A DNA stretch of 63,978 nt, filler included, from Pirum gemmata (taxonomy: Eukaryota), in assembly GCA_002812295.1 (NCBI GenBank). It is 30 parts of 30 records of this genome, joined end to end, with 100 filler letters (N's around TTAATTAATTAA, not from the genome) between each part and the next. Parts side by side here need not be neighbours in the genome. Positions count along the whole stretch, not along the records: positions 11,625 to 13,602 come from PDIN01009677.1; positions 13,703 to 15,639 come from PDIN01009678.1; positions 15,740 to 17,668 come from PDIN01009679.1; positions 17,769 to 19,713 come from PDIN01009680.1; positions 19,814 to 21,790 come from PDIN01009681.1; positions 21,891 to 23,846 come from PDIN01009682.1; 24 more parts are not named here. One strand, given 5' to 3'. The position numbers were made by a program, and so were the translations under genes. Under the pieces are notes generated by a model that saw only the letters and a program-made list of their open reading frames with translations, searched no databases and was not told the DNA's origin. Position 1 is the first letter of the stretch, and every line of letters starts with the position of its first letter. Positions 12,442 to 23,609 of the stretch are shown in pieces.

Positions 12442-13341
12442 GAGGTTTTACTACACTCCTGTTACCCCGTTGCACTCTTGAATTTTCCAGAAGTATTCAA
12501 CGATAACCTTTTACAAACTTCAAAATGGAACCAACAAGAAACAAACTCTGCTAAGCAGAATAAACTTAATGATGATTTTAAGTTTACCAGCAATCCCTGT
12601 TTGCCTTTAGAATTTAGCTCTTTAGGCAAACAGGATGGTTGTCTAGACATTTTTAATTCTTTTGATTTAACACTTTCTGATGTAGCTTTGGATTCCTCTA
12701 ACTTAAAATTAGGTGACGGAATAGTTCCTTGTCTTGAAGAAAAAGGAATTGAAAACTCTTTTTCGGGAGAAGTTGCCTTTTCTTCAACTCTTTTTACTTC
12801 CATATCACAAATGGATGTCAGTTTCTTGAATTCACCAAGCCCTTCTCAAACTTTAGATTTGGAAACCCTAATGGTTAACACCTCTTCTCCTTCAACTAGT
12901 TGCAGTTCTCCAGTTTTCAGTAGTGGTGTTGAAAGTCCTTGTTTTGATTTTGATTTTGTACCTTCTTCTGTTGACAGTCCTTCCGAGTCTTCTGATTCTG
13001 AATTGATAAAGGATTCAGAAGCGAAGACTAAAAAAGATATTAAACCTAAAAACACATCAATTACGAAAACAAAGAAAGATAATACAGGAACAGCTAAAAT
13101 AAAGAAAAAGTACAAACCTAGAGTGAAAAAACCTATTGATCCTGAAGAAGCAAGGCTTAAGTATGAAGAAAGACGTCGAAAGAATAATATAGCTTCACGT
13201 GGTAGCAGGGCAAAGAATAGAGAAAGGCACGAAAATGCTTTAGAAGAAAACCGAAAATTACAGTCTGAAAATGAAAATTTAAGAAAAGAAAATGAAGAAC
13301 TTAGACAACAACTGCTTATGTTTATGACAACTAAGTCATAA
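12442..13341 (+). CDS. bZIP transcription factor, PAR/C-EBP-like basic region; 5' end uncertain
   Basis: KYEERRRKNNIASRGSRAKNRE followed by a Leu heptad zipper. The frame is open from a candidate acceptor ctaaacag (12441); first in-frame ATG at 12811. Confidence 0.88.
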   Translation, partial: EVLLHSCYPVALLNFPEVFNDNLLQTSKWNQQETNSAKQNKLNDDFKFTSNPCLPLEFSSLGKQDGCLDIFNSFDLTLSDVALDSSNLKLGDGIVPCLEEKGIENSFSGEVAFSSTLFTSISQMDVSFLNSPSPSQTLDLETLMVNTSSPSTSCSSPVFSSGVESPCFDFDFVPSSVDSPSESSDSELIKDSEAKTKKDIKPKNTSITKTKKDNTGTAKIKKKYKPRVKKPIDPEEARLKYEERRRKNNIASRGSRAKNRERHENALEENRKLQSENENLRKENEELRQQLLMFMTTKS

Positions 13342-14012
13342 AAATGAATAAGTGTCTTTTTTTTTTTGTATTTTTTTTTTTGTTTGTTTTGTAATTATAA
13401 TAATAATAATAATAAAGTTAAATAGTTAAAATCCTAGTACTACTTGTTTATTTTATTGTTATGGTTATTTGTTTTGTAATAATAATAATAAAGTTGAATA
13501 GTTTAAACCCTACACTACTTGTTTATTTTATTGTTATAATTATGGTTATGGTTGTGGTTATGGTTATTTTTTTTTTTTGTAATAATAATAATAATAATAA
13601 TTNNNNNNNNNNNNNNNNNNNNNNNNNNNNNNNNNNNNNNNNNNNNTTAATTAATTAANNNNNNNNNNNNNNNNNNNNNNNNNNNNNNNNNNNNNNNNNN
13701 NNTTATTATTATTATTACTATCATTATCATCACTGTTACTATTATTATCATTATTAATATTATAATTATCATTACTATTATTACTATTACCGTTGCTGTT
13801 ATCATTATTGTCATCATCATTATTATCATTATTACCGTTGCTGTTATCATTATTATCATCATTATTATCATTTTTTTTTTTATCATTAACCCTATGCCTA
13901 ACCCTTACCCTTACCCTTACCTTGACTCTATTATTTTTGTTACTGTTATCCTTATCCTTATTGCTAATATTCTTATGATTATTATTATTATTATTGATAT
14001 GATTATCACTAT

Positions 14013-15240
14013 CATTTTCCATTGTAGGAAAAATAACGACACACTTTTTTTGCATATCCATACGAAGGAGTACCCATCCATTAAATAATTGAAGACGATG
14101 GAGTCTTCAAATTTATAATAACAATGATTTATAAATATTTTGGGATTGAAGAAAGATGACATTGTTTTATCCCAAAATATTATTAATTATTATTAATATT
14201 TTGGGATAAAACAATGTCATCTTCAATAGTTTCTTTAATCCCAAAAAATTTATAAATCATTGTTATTAAAATTATTAGCATAAATTTGAAGACTCCATCG
14301 TCTTCAATTATTTAATGGATGGATTCTCCTTCGTATGGATATGCAAAAAAAGTGTGTCGTTATTTTTCCTACAATGGAAAATCAAATCGAAGAAAATTAT
14401 GGTTACTTATATAAGAGTAACCACATTAATGACCCAATTTACTGCTGTTTTTGACAGCTTGTATGCAAAATTGGGAAATAAAAATAAGGGTAATGGTCTC
14501 CCTTTTTTGGATACATTAATATTTCCGGCCGTTACATGGTGGTTCCGTTTTACCCCCTTATTATTATTAATTATTATTATTATTATTATTATTATCCATT
14601 AAATATACAATAAGGTAGAAGTATAAATCTTATACTCTTGCCTTGTATCGTATTTTTTGTACATAGAATTTCAAAAATGTGAAAATTTCTGTTTTTGACA
14701 GCTTGTATGCAAAATTGGGAAATAAAAATAAGGGGGATGGTCTCCCTTTTTTGACTCGTTAGTACTTAATGCTGCTACATGGTGGTTCCGTTTTACCCCC
14801 ATGTTTAACTGTCCTGTATTGTTAAGCCAACGAATAATTGAAAGTAATACTAAAGGGGAAATGGTTTTATTACTATTATGTGCTTCGATGATCTTTTTAA
14901 ATGAGAATGATATAATTAGCAGCAAATTGGGTCATTAGTGTGGTTACTCTTATATAGTAACCATAATTTTCTTCAAGCTGATTTTCCATTGTAGGAAAAA
15001 TAACGACACACTTTTTTTGCATATCCATACGGAGGAGAATCCATCCATTAAATATGCAATAAGGCAAAAGTATAAATTTTATATCTTGCCTTGTATCGTA
15101 TTTTTCGTACATAGAATTTCAAAAATGTGAAAATTTCTATTTACATCGTTCTCATTTAAAAAGATCATGGAAGCACATAATGGTAGCAAAACCATTTCCC
15201 CTTTAGTATTGATTTCAATCATTCGTTGGCTTAACAATAG
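14013..15240. repeat. Mosaic of inverted and direct duplications of a decayed coding-like sequence
   Basis: 14013-14182 is inverted at 14196-14381; 14315-14445 at 14920-15050; 14820-14905 at 15148-15238. 14447-14560 is repeated directly at 14690-14800, and 14595-14690 at 15043-15140. Confidence 0.85.
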
Positions 15241-15271
15241 ATGATAATCTATAAGTATTGGTAAGTCAGTG

Positions 15272-15353
15272 AGATAATTGGTACTTGGCGTTGCCTGAAC
15301 AGGCAATGTGCCGAAGCTATCATCTGTAGGATAATGACTGAACGCCTCTAAGT
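15272..15353 (+). rRNA. Isolated fragment of eukaryotic LSU (25S/28S) rRNA 3' region (pseudogenic)
   Basis: AGATAATTGGT...CGAAGCTATCATCTGTAGGATAATGACTGAACGCCTCTAAGT matches the conserved LSU segment just 3' of the sarcin-ricin loop. The TTGCCTG-AA-CAGGCAA hairpin is intact and the flanks are not rRNA. Confidence 0.88.
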
Positions 15354-15756
15354 GAAATGTTAACTTGTGGATGCGAAATAGATTTTTCAATCATTTCAAT
15401 GGCCTCACCACGTGTGCTGCCATCAATTTTACCACCACATGCTAAAATTGGTGCTGGTGGTGATGATGGGGGGCAGGATTATTATCATTGTAATTATCAT
15501 CCTTACTATTATGGAGGACAGAATCATTATTATTGCAATTATCATCCTTACTATTATGATTGTTATCATCGTTATTATCATCATCTTTATCATGATTAAC
15601 ATCATCGTTAGTATGATCATCATTATTATTATTATTATTNNNNNNNNNNNNNNNNNNNNNNNNNNNNNNNNNNNNNNNNNNNNTTAATTAATTAANNNNN
15701 NNNNNNNNNNNNNNNNNNNNNNNNNNNNNNNNNNNNNNNATAATAATAATAATAAC

Positions 15757-15897
15757 CTAGTTTTCCAGCATGGCATGAATATCCAGATGTGCATATTGCA
15801 CATTTTAATTGACCTCCTGTTGTTTTTTTAATAAAGTAAACATTATCACAACGCTCAACTTTAGGACTTTTCATTAATACACCACGAAATGCTGAAG
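15757..15897 (-). CDS. Probable symmetric (phase 1-1) exon of a Cys-containing protein (...KCAICTSGYSCHAGKL)
   Basis: ttttag acceptor, gttatt donor, 141 nt open. The CxxCxxGYxC pattern is typical of extracellular Cys-rich repeats. Confidence 0.5.
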
Positions 15898-16189
15898 CTA
15901 AAAATAAATATTTAAAAAAAAGGAAGAAATTAATTTCAAACATTCATATTACCGCACACCTCTCTAAACACTCTCTGTATACGCTCTCTATACCTAGCTA
16001 GTAGTAGTCTAGACTAACGTGTTTTTATTTTCAACTAATCTATTTAAAAACGCATGTTTAAAAAATACAACATGAAGTATGAAATACCAAATTAATTAAA
16101 CATGTCTGATAGAGTGATAGTTTAACCATAATAATAATTTGGTACGTTTATTTCAGTTTTGGAACTAGAAAAGCACGATATTAGGAGTA

Positions 16190-16901
16190 TAGGGCTAGCA
16201 CGGATGACGTCACAATAATATATATATATATTAAGGTATAGGTCACTATAGGTAGAGGAAATGAATGAGAAACCCCCTCTTCCATACTAAAGTATCTGCT
16301 ATAGTCTAGCTAATACGGAGGGGGGTTAGGTAGAGAAAATGAGAAATGCGGTTAGTGCATTTTTTACTTTTTTACTAACTAACTTTTTTTTTACTGACCC
16401 AGGTTTTTAGTTGATCGATTTTTGATCGGTTTCGAACATTCCACTCTTAATATGAAAACCGAGAGGGTTTTGCGATAAAAAGTGGGGTTTTTGCGAAAGA
16501 GTCTTTTTGATTAATAATAAAATTTCTTTTTTTGGAAAAGAGTGACACTAACGAAATGTGAAAATTGCGTAAAAACGCATTAACCAACGTTAGCAAACTT
16601 TTTTTTACTGATTGGGGTGTGCTATCGTATGTAAAAAAACAATTCACTCACAATATTTCTGTTCATTCGTTCGCTAATTTTTTGGCCAGTCAACTCACTC
16701 ACTTTGAACTCTGTTCGCCGCTCTTTTGTTGTCCAAACAAAAAAAACACTCCCTCGTTCCAAAACCAAAGCTCGATTCGGTTTTTTATTACGATAGTACT
16801 AACCCCACTTAGTAAAAAAAAGTTAACTAAAGTTTATGGATAATTAGCAAAAATAAAAATAAAAATATATCATTGTGACGCCATCCGTGCTAGTAGCCCT
16901 A
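16190..16901. mobile_element. ~710-bp non-autonomous DNA transposon with ~27-bp TIRs (TAGGGCTAGCACGGATGACGTCACAAT), hAT-like termini
   Basis: The left end at 16190 is inverted at 16872-16901 (one mismatch plus a TAG duplication). No clean TSD seen. Confidence 0.7.
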
Positions 16902-16913
16902 TACTTTAGTCCT

Positions 16914-17114
16914 TATCGCTTATTTCATTAGTTGTCCTCTCAATCTTTAATTTGGTACTGTTTAAGTGTATAATTGAGCTTGTTTATAAAATACAACATT
17001 AAGTATAAAATACCAAATTAATTAAAACATATCTGATAATTTAACCATAATAATAATTTGGTATGTTTATTTCAGTTTTTGAACTGAACAACAACATTAT
17101 TAAAAACCACAATA
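16914..17114. mobile_element. AT-rich dispersed repeat family C (~200 bp)
   Basis: Similar copies at ~16014-16180, 18366-18545, 19101-19280, 24005-24175, 41578-41762 and 51132-51213 share ctcaatctttaatttggtactgtttaagtgtataattga ... ttatttcagtttt. Confidence 0.8.
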
Positions 17115-17119
17115 TCATG

Positions 17120-17352
17120 TCTAACGATAGCTATCGATAACACTTTTTCTTAATGAATCGATTTTTAGTGGTTATCACAAAAAAAATTGAATGAGATTTT
17201 TTTTGGTGAAACGAGCACGCCGCTCGTTCGTAAACTATCCAAAAAAAAATGAGAGGGGTGAACTAAAAAACAAGGGAGCGAGGTTTTTGACGTTTACCAC
17301 TAATTTTAATATTTTAGTCATAAAAAAAAAGTGTTAATTAACTATCGTTAGA
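17120..17352. mobile_element. ~230-bp element with short terminal inverted repeats (TCTAACGATAG ... CTATCGTTAGA)
   Basis: 11-bp perfect inverted ends plus inverted TAACACTTTTT/AAAAAGTGTTA. Single copy in this window. Confidence 0.5.
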
Positions 17353-17635
17353 TTAGTGCAACGGTTTGGCCATCCTTTTTACGAATTATTTATTATTATT
17401 ATTATTGTTATATATTATTGTTATTATTGTTATTATTGCTATTATCGTTATTATTGTTAATGTAGTTATTAGTGTTATTGTTATTGTTATTATTGTTATT
17501 ATTGTTAGTTCTGATATCGACTGATAATAACGTCATTCGTGATGCCATTGTTTCATAGTCTATCTATAGTCTATTTCAACAGTTGGTATTGTTATTATAA
17601 TTATTATTGTTAATATTATTAATACTGTTAATATC

Positions 17636-17668
<33 letters not shown>

Positions 17669-18013
17669 NNNNNNNNNNNNNNNNNNNNNNNNNNNNNNNN
17701 NNNNNNNNNNNNTTAATTAATTAANNNNNNNNNNNNNNNNNNNNNNNNNNNNNNNNNNNNNNNNNNNNCCCTAACCCTAACCCTAACCCTAACCCTAACT
17801 AATATAAATCAGAGGCGATCACAGTATTTCTTGTAAATTATGCAAAGAAGCTTTTCCTGGTTACAAAATCACGTGGAGTAATGAAGGATATTAGTACTTA
17901 CACTTACACTACGACTCCCGATATTTTCATGCTCGAAAATTTTCATCTTCGAGTTTGTTTGTTTTATTTAATATTACTCGCTCATTTATGATATGAATTC
18001 TGTATTGTCAATG

Positions 18014-18205
18014 TATTGTGCTTTTCATTTATTTTGTCACTCCCGAATATTTATTTGGTTGGTTATAATACTTTAAGCTGACATCTTTGAATGAATAAAT
18101 AGATAATATAACATACCAAATTAAAAGAATTGGATTTATATAATATTAATTTGGTACTATTTATTGTACATTTTATGATGACAAAACAATTTGAAAAGCA
18201 CGATA
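18014..18205 (-). mobile_element. AT-rich MITE family B (~190 bp, ends TATYGTGCTTTTCA ... TGAAAAGCACRATA)
   Basis: About 12 full or partial copies: 18873-19052, 23777-23846, 24176-24380, 25892-25965, 26064-26258, 26773-26963, 27155-27300, 31610-31783, 55626-55813, 56328-56495, 56640-56780. Confidence 0.85.
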
Positions 18206-18512
18206 AGAATTGACCAAAAACAGAACCTTTGTTTAAATTATATAAATAAGGTAATCATGAAGCGTTTTGAAAAGTTAAGTTTTCAGACATTTATACTTAA
18301 AAAAAAATGTTCGTTTTTTTGAAACAAATTCAATTATACACTTAAACATTACCAAATTAAAGACTCAATCTTTAATTTGGTACCGTTTAAGTGTATAATT
18401 GATCTTTTTTATAAAATACAATATTATATATAAAGTACCAAATAAATTAAAACATGCCTAATATCTTAACCATAATAATTATTTGGTATGTTTATTTCAG
18501 TTTATAGACTTG

Positions 18513-18543
<31 letters not shown>

Positions 18544-18610
18544 GATGCCCGAAAAATATGCAACTTTCGGTGAAGCCGATTGCATTATAACACGTTAAGT
18601 TTTCAAATCT

Positions 18611-18800
18611 GGGAGATACGGGAAACATAATCGAATCAAACAGCTCGATCCTAATTTTTTTCGAGTTTCAAGTTTTTTCTATAAAATTTTTCTAAGAAAT
18701 CCAAGGACTCCAAGGAGCCCTTGAGAAATCAAAAGTGAGATTGAAAAATTTCGAAAGTTTCGAACTAGTCTCGATTCGATTGTTTTTTCCCGCATCTCCC
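18611..18800 (+). mobile_element. MITE family D (~190 bp, TIR GGGAGATRCGGG)
   Basis: Ends GGGAGATACGGGAAAC ... TTTTCCCGCATCTCCC. Related copies at 11826-12020, 38168-38285, 54821-54972 and 56540-56915. Confidence 0.75.
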
Positions 18801-19483
18801 GAGTAGGAAAAAAAAACACTTATGTCGTATTTTTGAAACCCATGTATTTTATCAATAAAACTTTGTATTTTTATTGTGCTTTCCATTTATTTTGTCAATC
18901 AGAATATTTATTTGGTTGGTTATAACATTTAAATTGACATGTTTAAATAAATATATAGATAATAAACCATACCAAATTAAATTAAATGGATTTATATTGT
19001 ATTAATCTGGTACTCTTTATTGTATGTTTTATGATGACAAAATAACTGAAAAGTAAGGTTTTGTGAGAACTGTACTGTGGTTAGTTTTTATGATATTATA
19101 AATATCGTGTTTTTCATCAATAGTTTTTGTCCAGTTCAAAAACCAAAATAACTGTATAAAATTATTATTATAGTAAAACTATCGAACATGTTTTAATTAA
19201 TCTGGTACTTTATAAGTAATGTTATATTTTATAATCAACACTTAAACAGTACCGAATTAAACATCGAGAAGACAACTATTAACTACTAGTTAGTTAGCCC
19301 CACCCTTGAACTATCATAGTATAGACTACCTAGCTAGTATTAATACCTTCAAATTTATTAATTGGCGTTCTTTAAAGATGACAAATTAAATAAATTATAT
19401 CAATTAGGGTTGTATATATATTAATACTAGCTATAGGTTATATATAAAATTATAATCTATAGCTAGAGACAGGGTCATCTTCA

Positions 19484-19713
19484 GGGTCAGGGTTGGGGTT
19501 AGGGTTGGGAACAGTGTTAGGTTTAGGTTTAGGTTTAGGGTGTTGGGTTAGGGTTAGGGCTAAGGTTAGGGTTAGGGTTAGGGTTAGGGTTAGGGTTAGG
19601 GTTAGGGTTAGGGCTAAGGTTAGGGTTAGGGTTAGGGTTAGGGTTAGGGTTAGGGTAATGGTTATATTTATAGTTATAGTTATAGTTATAGTTATGGTTA
19701 TGGTTGTGGTTAA
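19484..19713. repeat. (TTAGGG)n grading into TTATAG/TTATGG/TTGTGG hexamers
   Basis: Direct read. Confidence 0.95.
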
Positions 19714-20291
19714 NNNNNNNNNNNNNNNNNNNNNNNNNNNNNNNNNNNNNNNNNNNNTTAATTAATTAANNNNNNNNNNNNNNNNNNNNNNNNNNNNNNN
19801 NNNNNNNNNNNNNTATCATAATATAATATATATTTGTAGATCTAATATTTAAAAATAATAATAATAATAATAATAATTATTTTAATTTTAAAATTAATTA
19901 AAATATAATTGTCCTGTCAGACAGTCAGAGTTAATTAAATTAGATAATATTATAGTTTATTTATTTATTTATTATTTTTTTTTTTAAAAAATTATTTTAC
20001 TTTATTTTTATTTTTTTTTTTCATGAAAAAAGAGTATAAAAGCTCCAAATCCCCTGTCAGTTTTGAATTCTGAAAATATAAAAAATAGAAAATTTTAACT
20101 CATAACATGTACATGATACAATAATGGAAATAGTAATTAATAATTGATAATAGTGATCGATAGTAATTAGAATTATGTTATTTTATTAATAATCAAAATC
20201 ATATAAATAATAATAGTAATATAACAATAATAATAATATTAATAGTAATAATAAATTATATAATAATAAGCAATAATTATAATAATTAATA

Positions 20292-21269
20292 ATGACTGGG
20301 TTGGAAATATTAGCAGCTTGGGTATTACCTTCGTTAAGTGTATGTTTTTCGAGTTTAATGTTCACGGCTTCTATACCTCAAGTTTATCGAGCCAGAATAC
20401 AAAACCGAACCGATGCCTACAACCCTTTGGTCTACGTTGCAGCTTATGGTCATTCATTGGCGTGGTTAGTATGGTCAATGTGCATAGAAACTCCCAACTA
20501 TTTTGTTATGTTTAATATGGTTTATGGTGGACTAATCTCGTTATGGGGTATCTTCACTTGTTATAGGCTATGTACTTCAGCAAAGTTAAGAGTTATTACC
20601 GAGGGAGTCTTTTTGTTGATAAATTTCCTTTGTTTTGTGTATTACCACGTATCTGACATAATCACTAACCCCGACGCTCGACAGATATTTCTGGGTATTA
20701 TGGCCAATTTACATTCTATTTCGTATTACGCGGCTCCATTAGTAATGATGTTGAAAATCATACGTGAAAAAAATTCTATATATTTATCTGTGCCCTTATC
20801 TGTAGCCCAGGGCATTAATAATTGTTTTTGGATTGCATGGGGTATGACAATCCCAAGTGTGTTATTCTGGTTACCTTGCTTGATAGGATTAATTCTCAAC
20901 ATCATCCAATACTTTTTGGCCTGGAAATACCCTAGAATAAAAGAAACGGGTGGTGTAAATTTGAAGGGTGAAAATTCTTTAAATCACCATCAAGGTAAAC
21001 GTTACACAGACGTTGATTTACAAACTAATTTTGGCACTTTTGAAAATGTTAATTTACATTGTAATCATCACACTAGTACTAATTCTGGGGATGATAGCTC
21101 TTTCGATCATGTAGGAAAATATCATGCAACAGCTGCAAGTTTGTCAAGAAACCAAATAATAAACCACGAAAATGTTGATATTACTATTGTTCAAGTTAAC
21201 GATATGCAATTGAATGATTGTGATATTGACTGTTCAATAGATGATGGGGATATTACTTTACAAAATTAA
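20292..21269 (+). CDS. SWEET/MtN3 sugar transporter (7 TM) with hydrophilic C-terminal tail, intronless
   Basis: Two MtN3 halves: LMFTASIPQVYRA...YNPLVY...AWLVW and SYYAAPLVMMLKIIREKNSIYLSVPLS...FWIAWG...PCLIGLILNIIQ. Confidence 0.92.
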   Translation: MTGLEILAAWVLPSLSVCFSSLMFTASIPQVYRARIQNRTDAYNPLVYVAAYGHSLAWLVWSMCIETPNYFVMFNMVYGGLISLWGIFTCYRLCTSAKLRVITEGVFLLINFLCFVYYHVSDIITNPDARQIFLGIMANLHSISYYAAPLVMMLKIIREKNSIYLSVPLSVAQGINNCFWIAWGMTIPSVLFWLPCLIGLILNIIQYFLAWKYPRIKETGGVNLKGENSLNHHQGKRYTDVDLQTNFGTFENVNLHCNHHTSTNSGDDSSFDHVGKYHATAASLSRNQIINHENVDITIVQVNDMQLNDCDIDCSIDDGDITLQN

Positions 21270-23127
21270 ATAATTAAGGGTAGTTGATTTTTTAAACTTA
21301 TTTTTTTAAAATTTTGTTTTTAATTAGTTGTTTGTGTTGGGGTGAAATTGTTTACTTGATGTTATAAAATTTTCAGTGATAGACAACGATAAACAAAGTT
21401 TGAATGGTTTAAATTTGGCTTGGTGATATTTAATAATAGACGCTTTTATATTCACTTCGAACTTATTTTTCTTACCCAGTTTTTCTTACTAACGAAGTAA
21501 ATATTACTCTATATCACCATAGTAAATATTTCTTTTAAAGTAATGTGAAATACACAAATATAGAAATAAAGACGATCGATTATTTTTTAAAAAGATTGTA
21601 TATATTATAGCTATTTACTGCTATATTCTATTCTATATAGATATTAATAATTCGTTATAATAACTATTACTATTACTATTACTATTACTATTATTATTAC
21701 TTATTTATAGATAAATAAAAATGATTTTTACAATTTTATCCAGCTTGGTTGGAAAAAGGATAATAATAATATAATAATAATAATAATAATNNNNNNNNNN
21801 NNNNNNNNNNNNNNNNNNNNNNNNNNNNNNNNNNTTAATTAATTAANNNNNNNNNNNNNNNNNNNNNNNNNNNNNNNNNNNNNNNNNNNNCCTTGGTTAA
21901 AAAAAACAAAAAAAAACAAAAAAAAACAAAAAAAAACAAAAAAAAACCTTAAAAACCTTGAAAATTGCTTCAAATTTAACCTTGCCCAATCCTACACAGA
22001 AATTAACTGCCAAAAACTAATAATTTTTAAAATATTGTAACTATGTGTATATCGTAAAAATAAATTTAAAAAAAAATGGATGTAAATTTTTTAAAAATAA
22101 TAGATAATTTAATACAAAAAAAAGGGGGGTTTCAAAAAAAAAGTAATGATATCCTTAAAAACTGATTCAAATTTACCCTAGGGCCAATCCTACTATGAAA
22201 TTAACTGTTAAAAACTATTATTTTTAGAATATCGTACATAATTAAAAAAAGTGGTTGTAAAATTCTTAATAGAATAAATAATAAAATTATAAAATGTAAT
22301 TTAATATTGTAGAAATTTTCATCTCCATTATAGACTATTTCAAATTAAATCAATAATTATAATTATATATAGCTCTTGACTTTTCTTTCAAATTAAATTA
22401 ATAATTATAATTATATATAGCCCTTGACTTTTCACTTCTTAACCTTATAACTTTCAGCACTAGTTATTTATTTTACTCTTATTACATAATATATTACACT
22501 TTATATTATTTATCACATTAAAGTTTTTCTTTCTAAAAGGTTTTTATAATCTAAATTTGTTAATTATTTTTATAAATATGTCTAATATACTACTATATTA
22601 GTACAAAAATTGAATTTTTGCTTCTGATTTGCAAAGTTAAACTAAACTTTTTATACTTAAGATACGATTTCCAATTAATTTGCTTGTTGGATATGTTAAT
22701 AATTTAAAAAACTTAATAAATTATTTATGAAAAAAAAAAAAAAAAAATCCGTTGCCTATTTTTAAAGTTAATGATTTGTTTACAAATATTGTTATAGGTG
22801 TTATACTATACTCTTATACTTGTATTTTAAGCGTATAATTCACATTAGATTTTCACTAAAACTTCACTTAATAGTTATTAATCTAAATTTACTTGTATTA
22901 AATTTTCCTGAAAGGGATTAAAAAACATCTTTTTAGAATTTTGTGCATTTAGTCCAAATTTAGGTGGGAAATGGTTGGCGGGAAAAAGGAAATCGGACAT
23001 CTATTTAAGGGAACTTTAGAGATAAAAAAACGTTTTTTAAAACCAAATTTTGTTTTTTTTTTTTGCCATTTTTTTGGCGGTCTTAGTGCAGTCTTTCAAA
23101 TTACAATATCTAAAATGATAGTCTATT

Positions 23128-23609
23128 ATACCCTTTTCGGCAACCTTTTTTTTTCAAATTTTCAAGCCTGAAATTTTTCAAAAAATCATGGAAAAAAAAA
23201 AAAAAAAGAAATCCAGTAGCTGATTTTTTCATCGTACCAAATAAGCTGAAGGGTATGATATTGTACCCAGCACTGCTTTAAAATGTTGTTGGAAAAAAAA
23301 TGTGATCGATCCGAGGAAAGACTTTTTTTCGGGCCAAAATGTTAGAATTTTAGACTTGAAATGGAAAAAATTGGACGTGAGACCTGCAATTTTTTTTTTT
23401 GGAAAAAGCCCAAAATTTTCAGGCCTGAAATTGCATAAAAAAGCTCCGAGATGCGAGGACACCCCTGAAAATTTTCCAATTTTTTTTTCTGGCGACCTAA
23501 AATTTAAACGGCCCCTGATTTTCAAATTTCAAGCCTGATTTTTTTTATTTTTTTGCAATTTCAAGCTTAATATTTTACAAAAAAAAAAGTTGCCGAAATT
23601 TAAGGGTAT
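23128..23609. mobile_element. Probable ~480-bp foldback element with internal TTTCAAGCCTGAAA motifs
   Basis: ATACCCTT..TTCGGCAAC at the left is inverted as GTTGCCGAAA..AAGGGTAT at the right. Confidence 0.5.
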
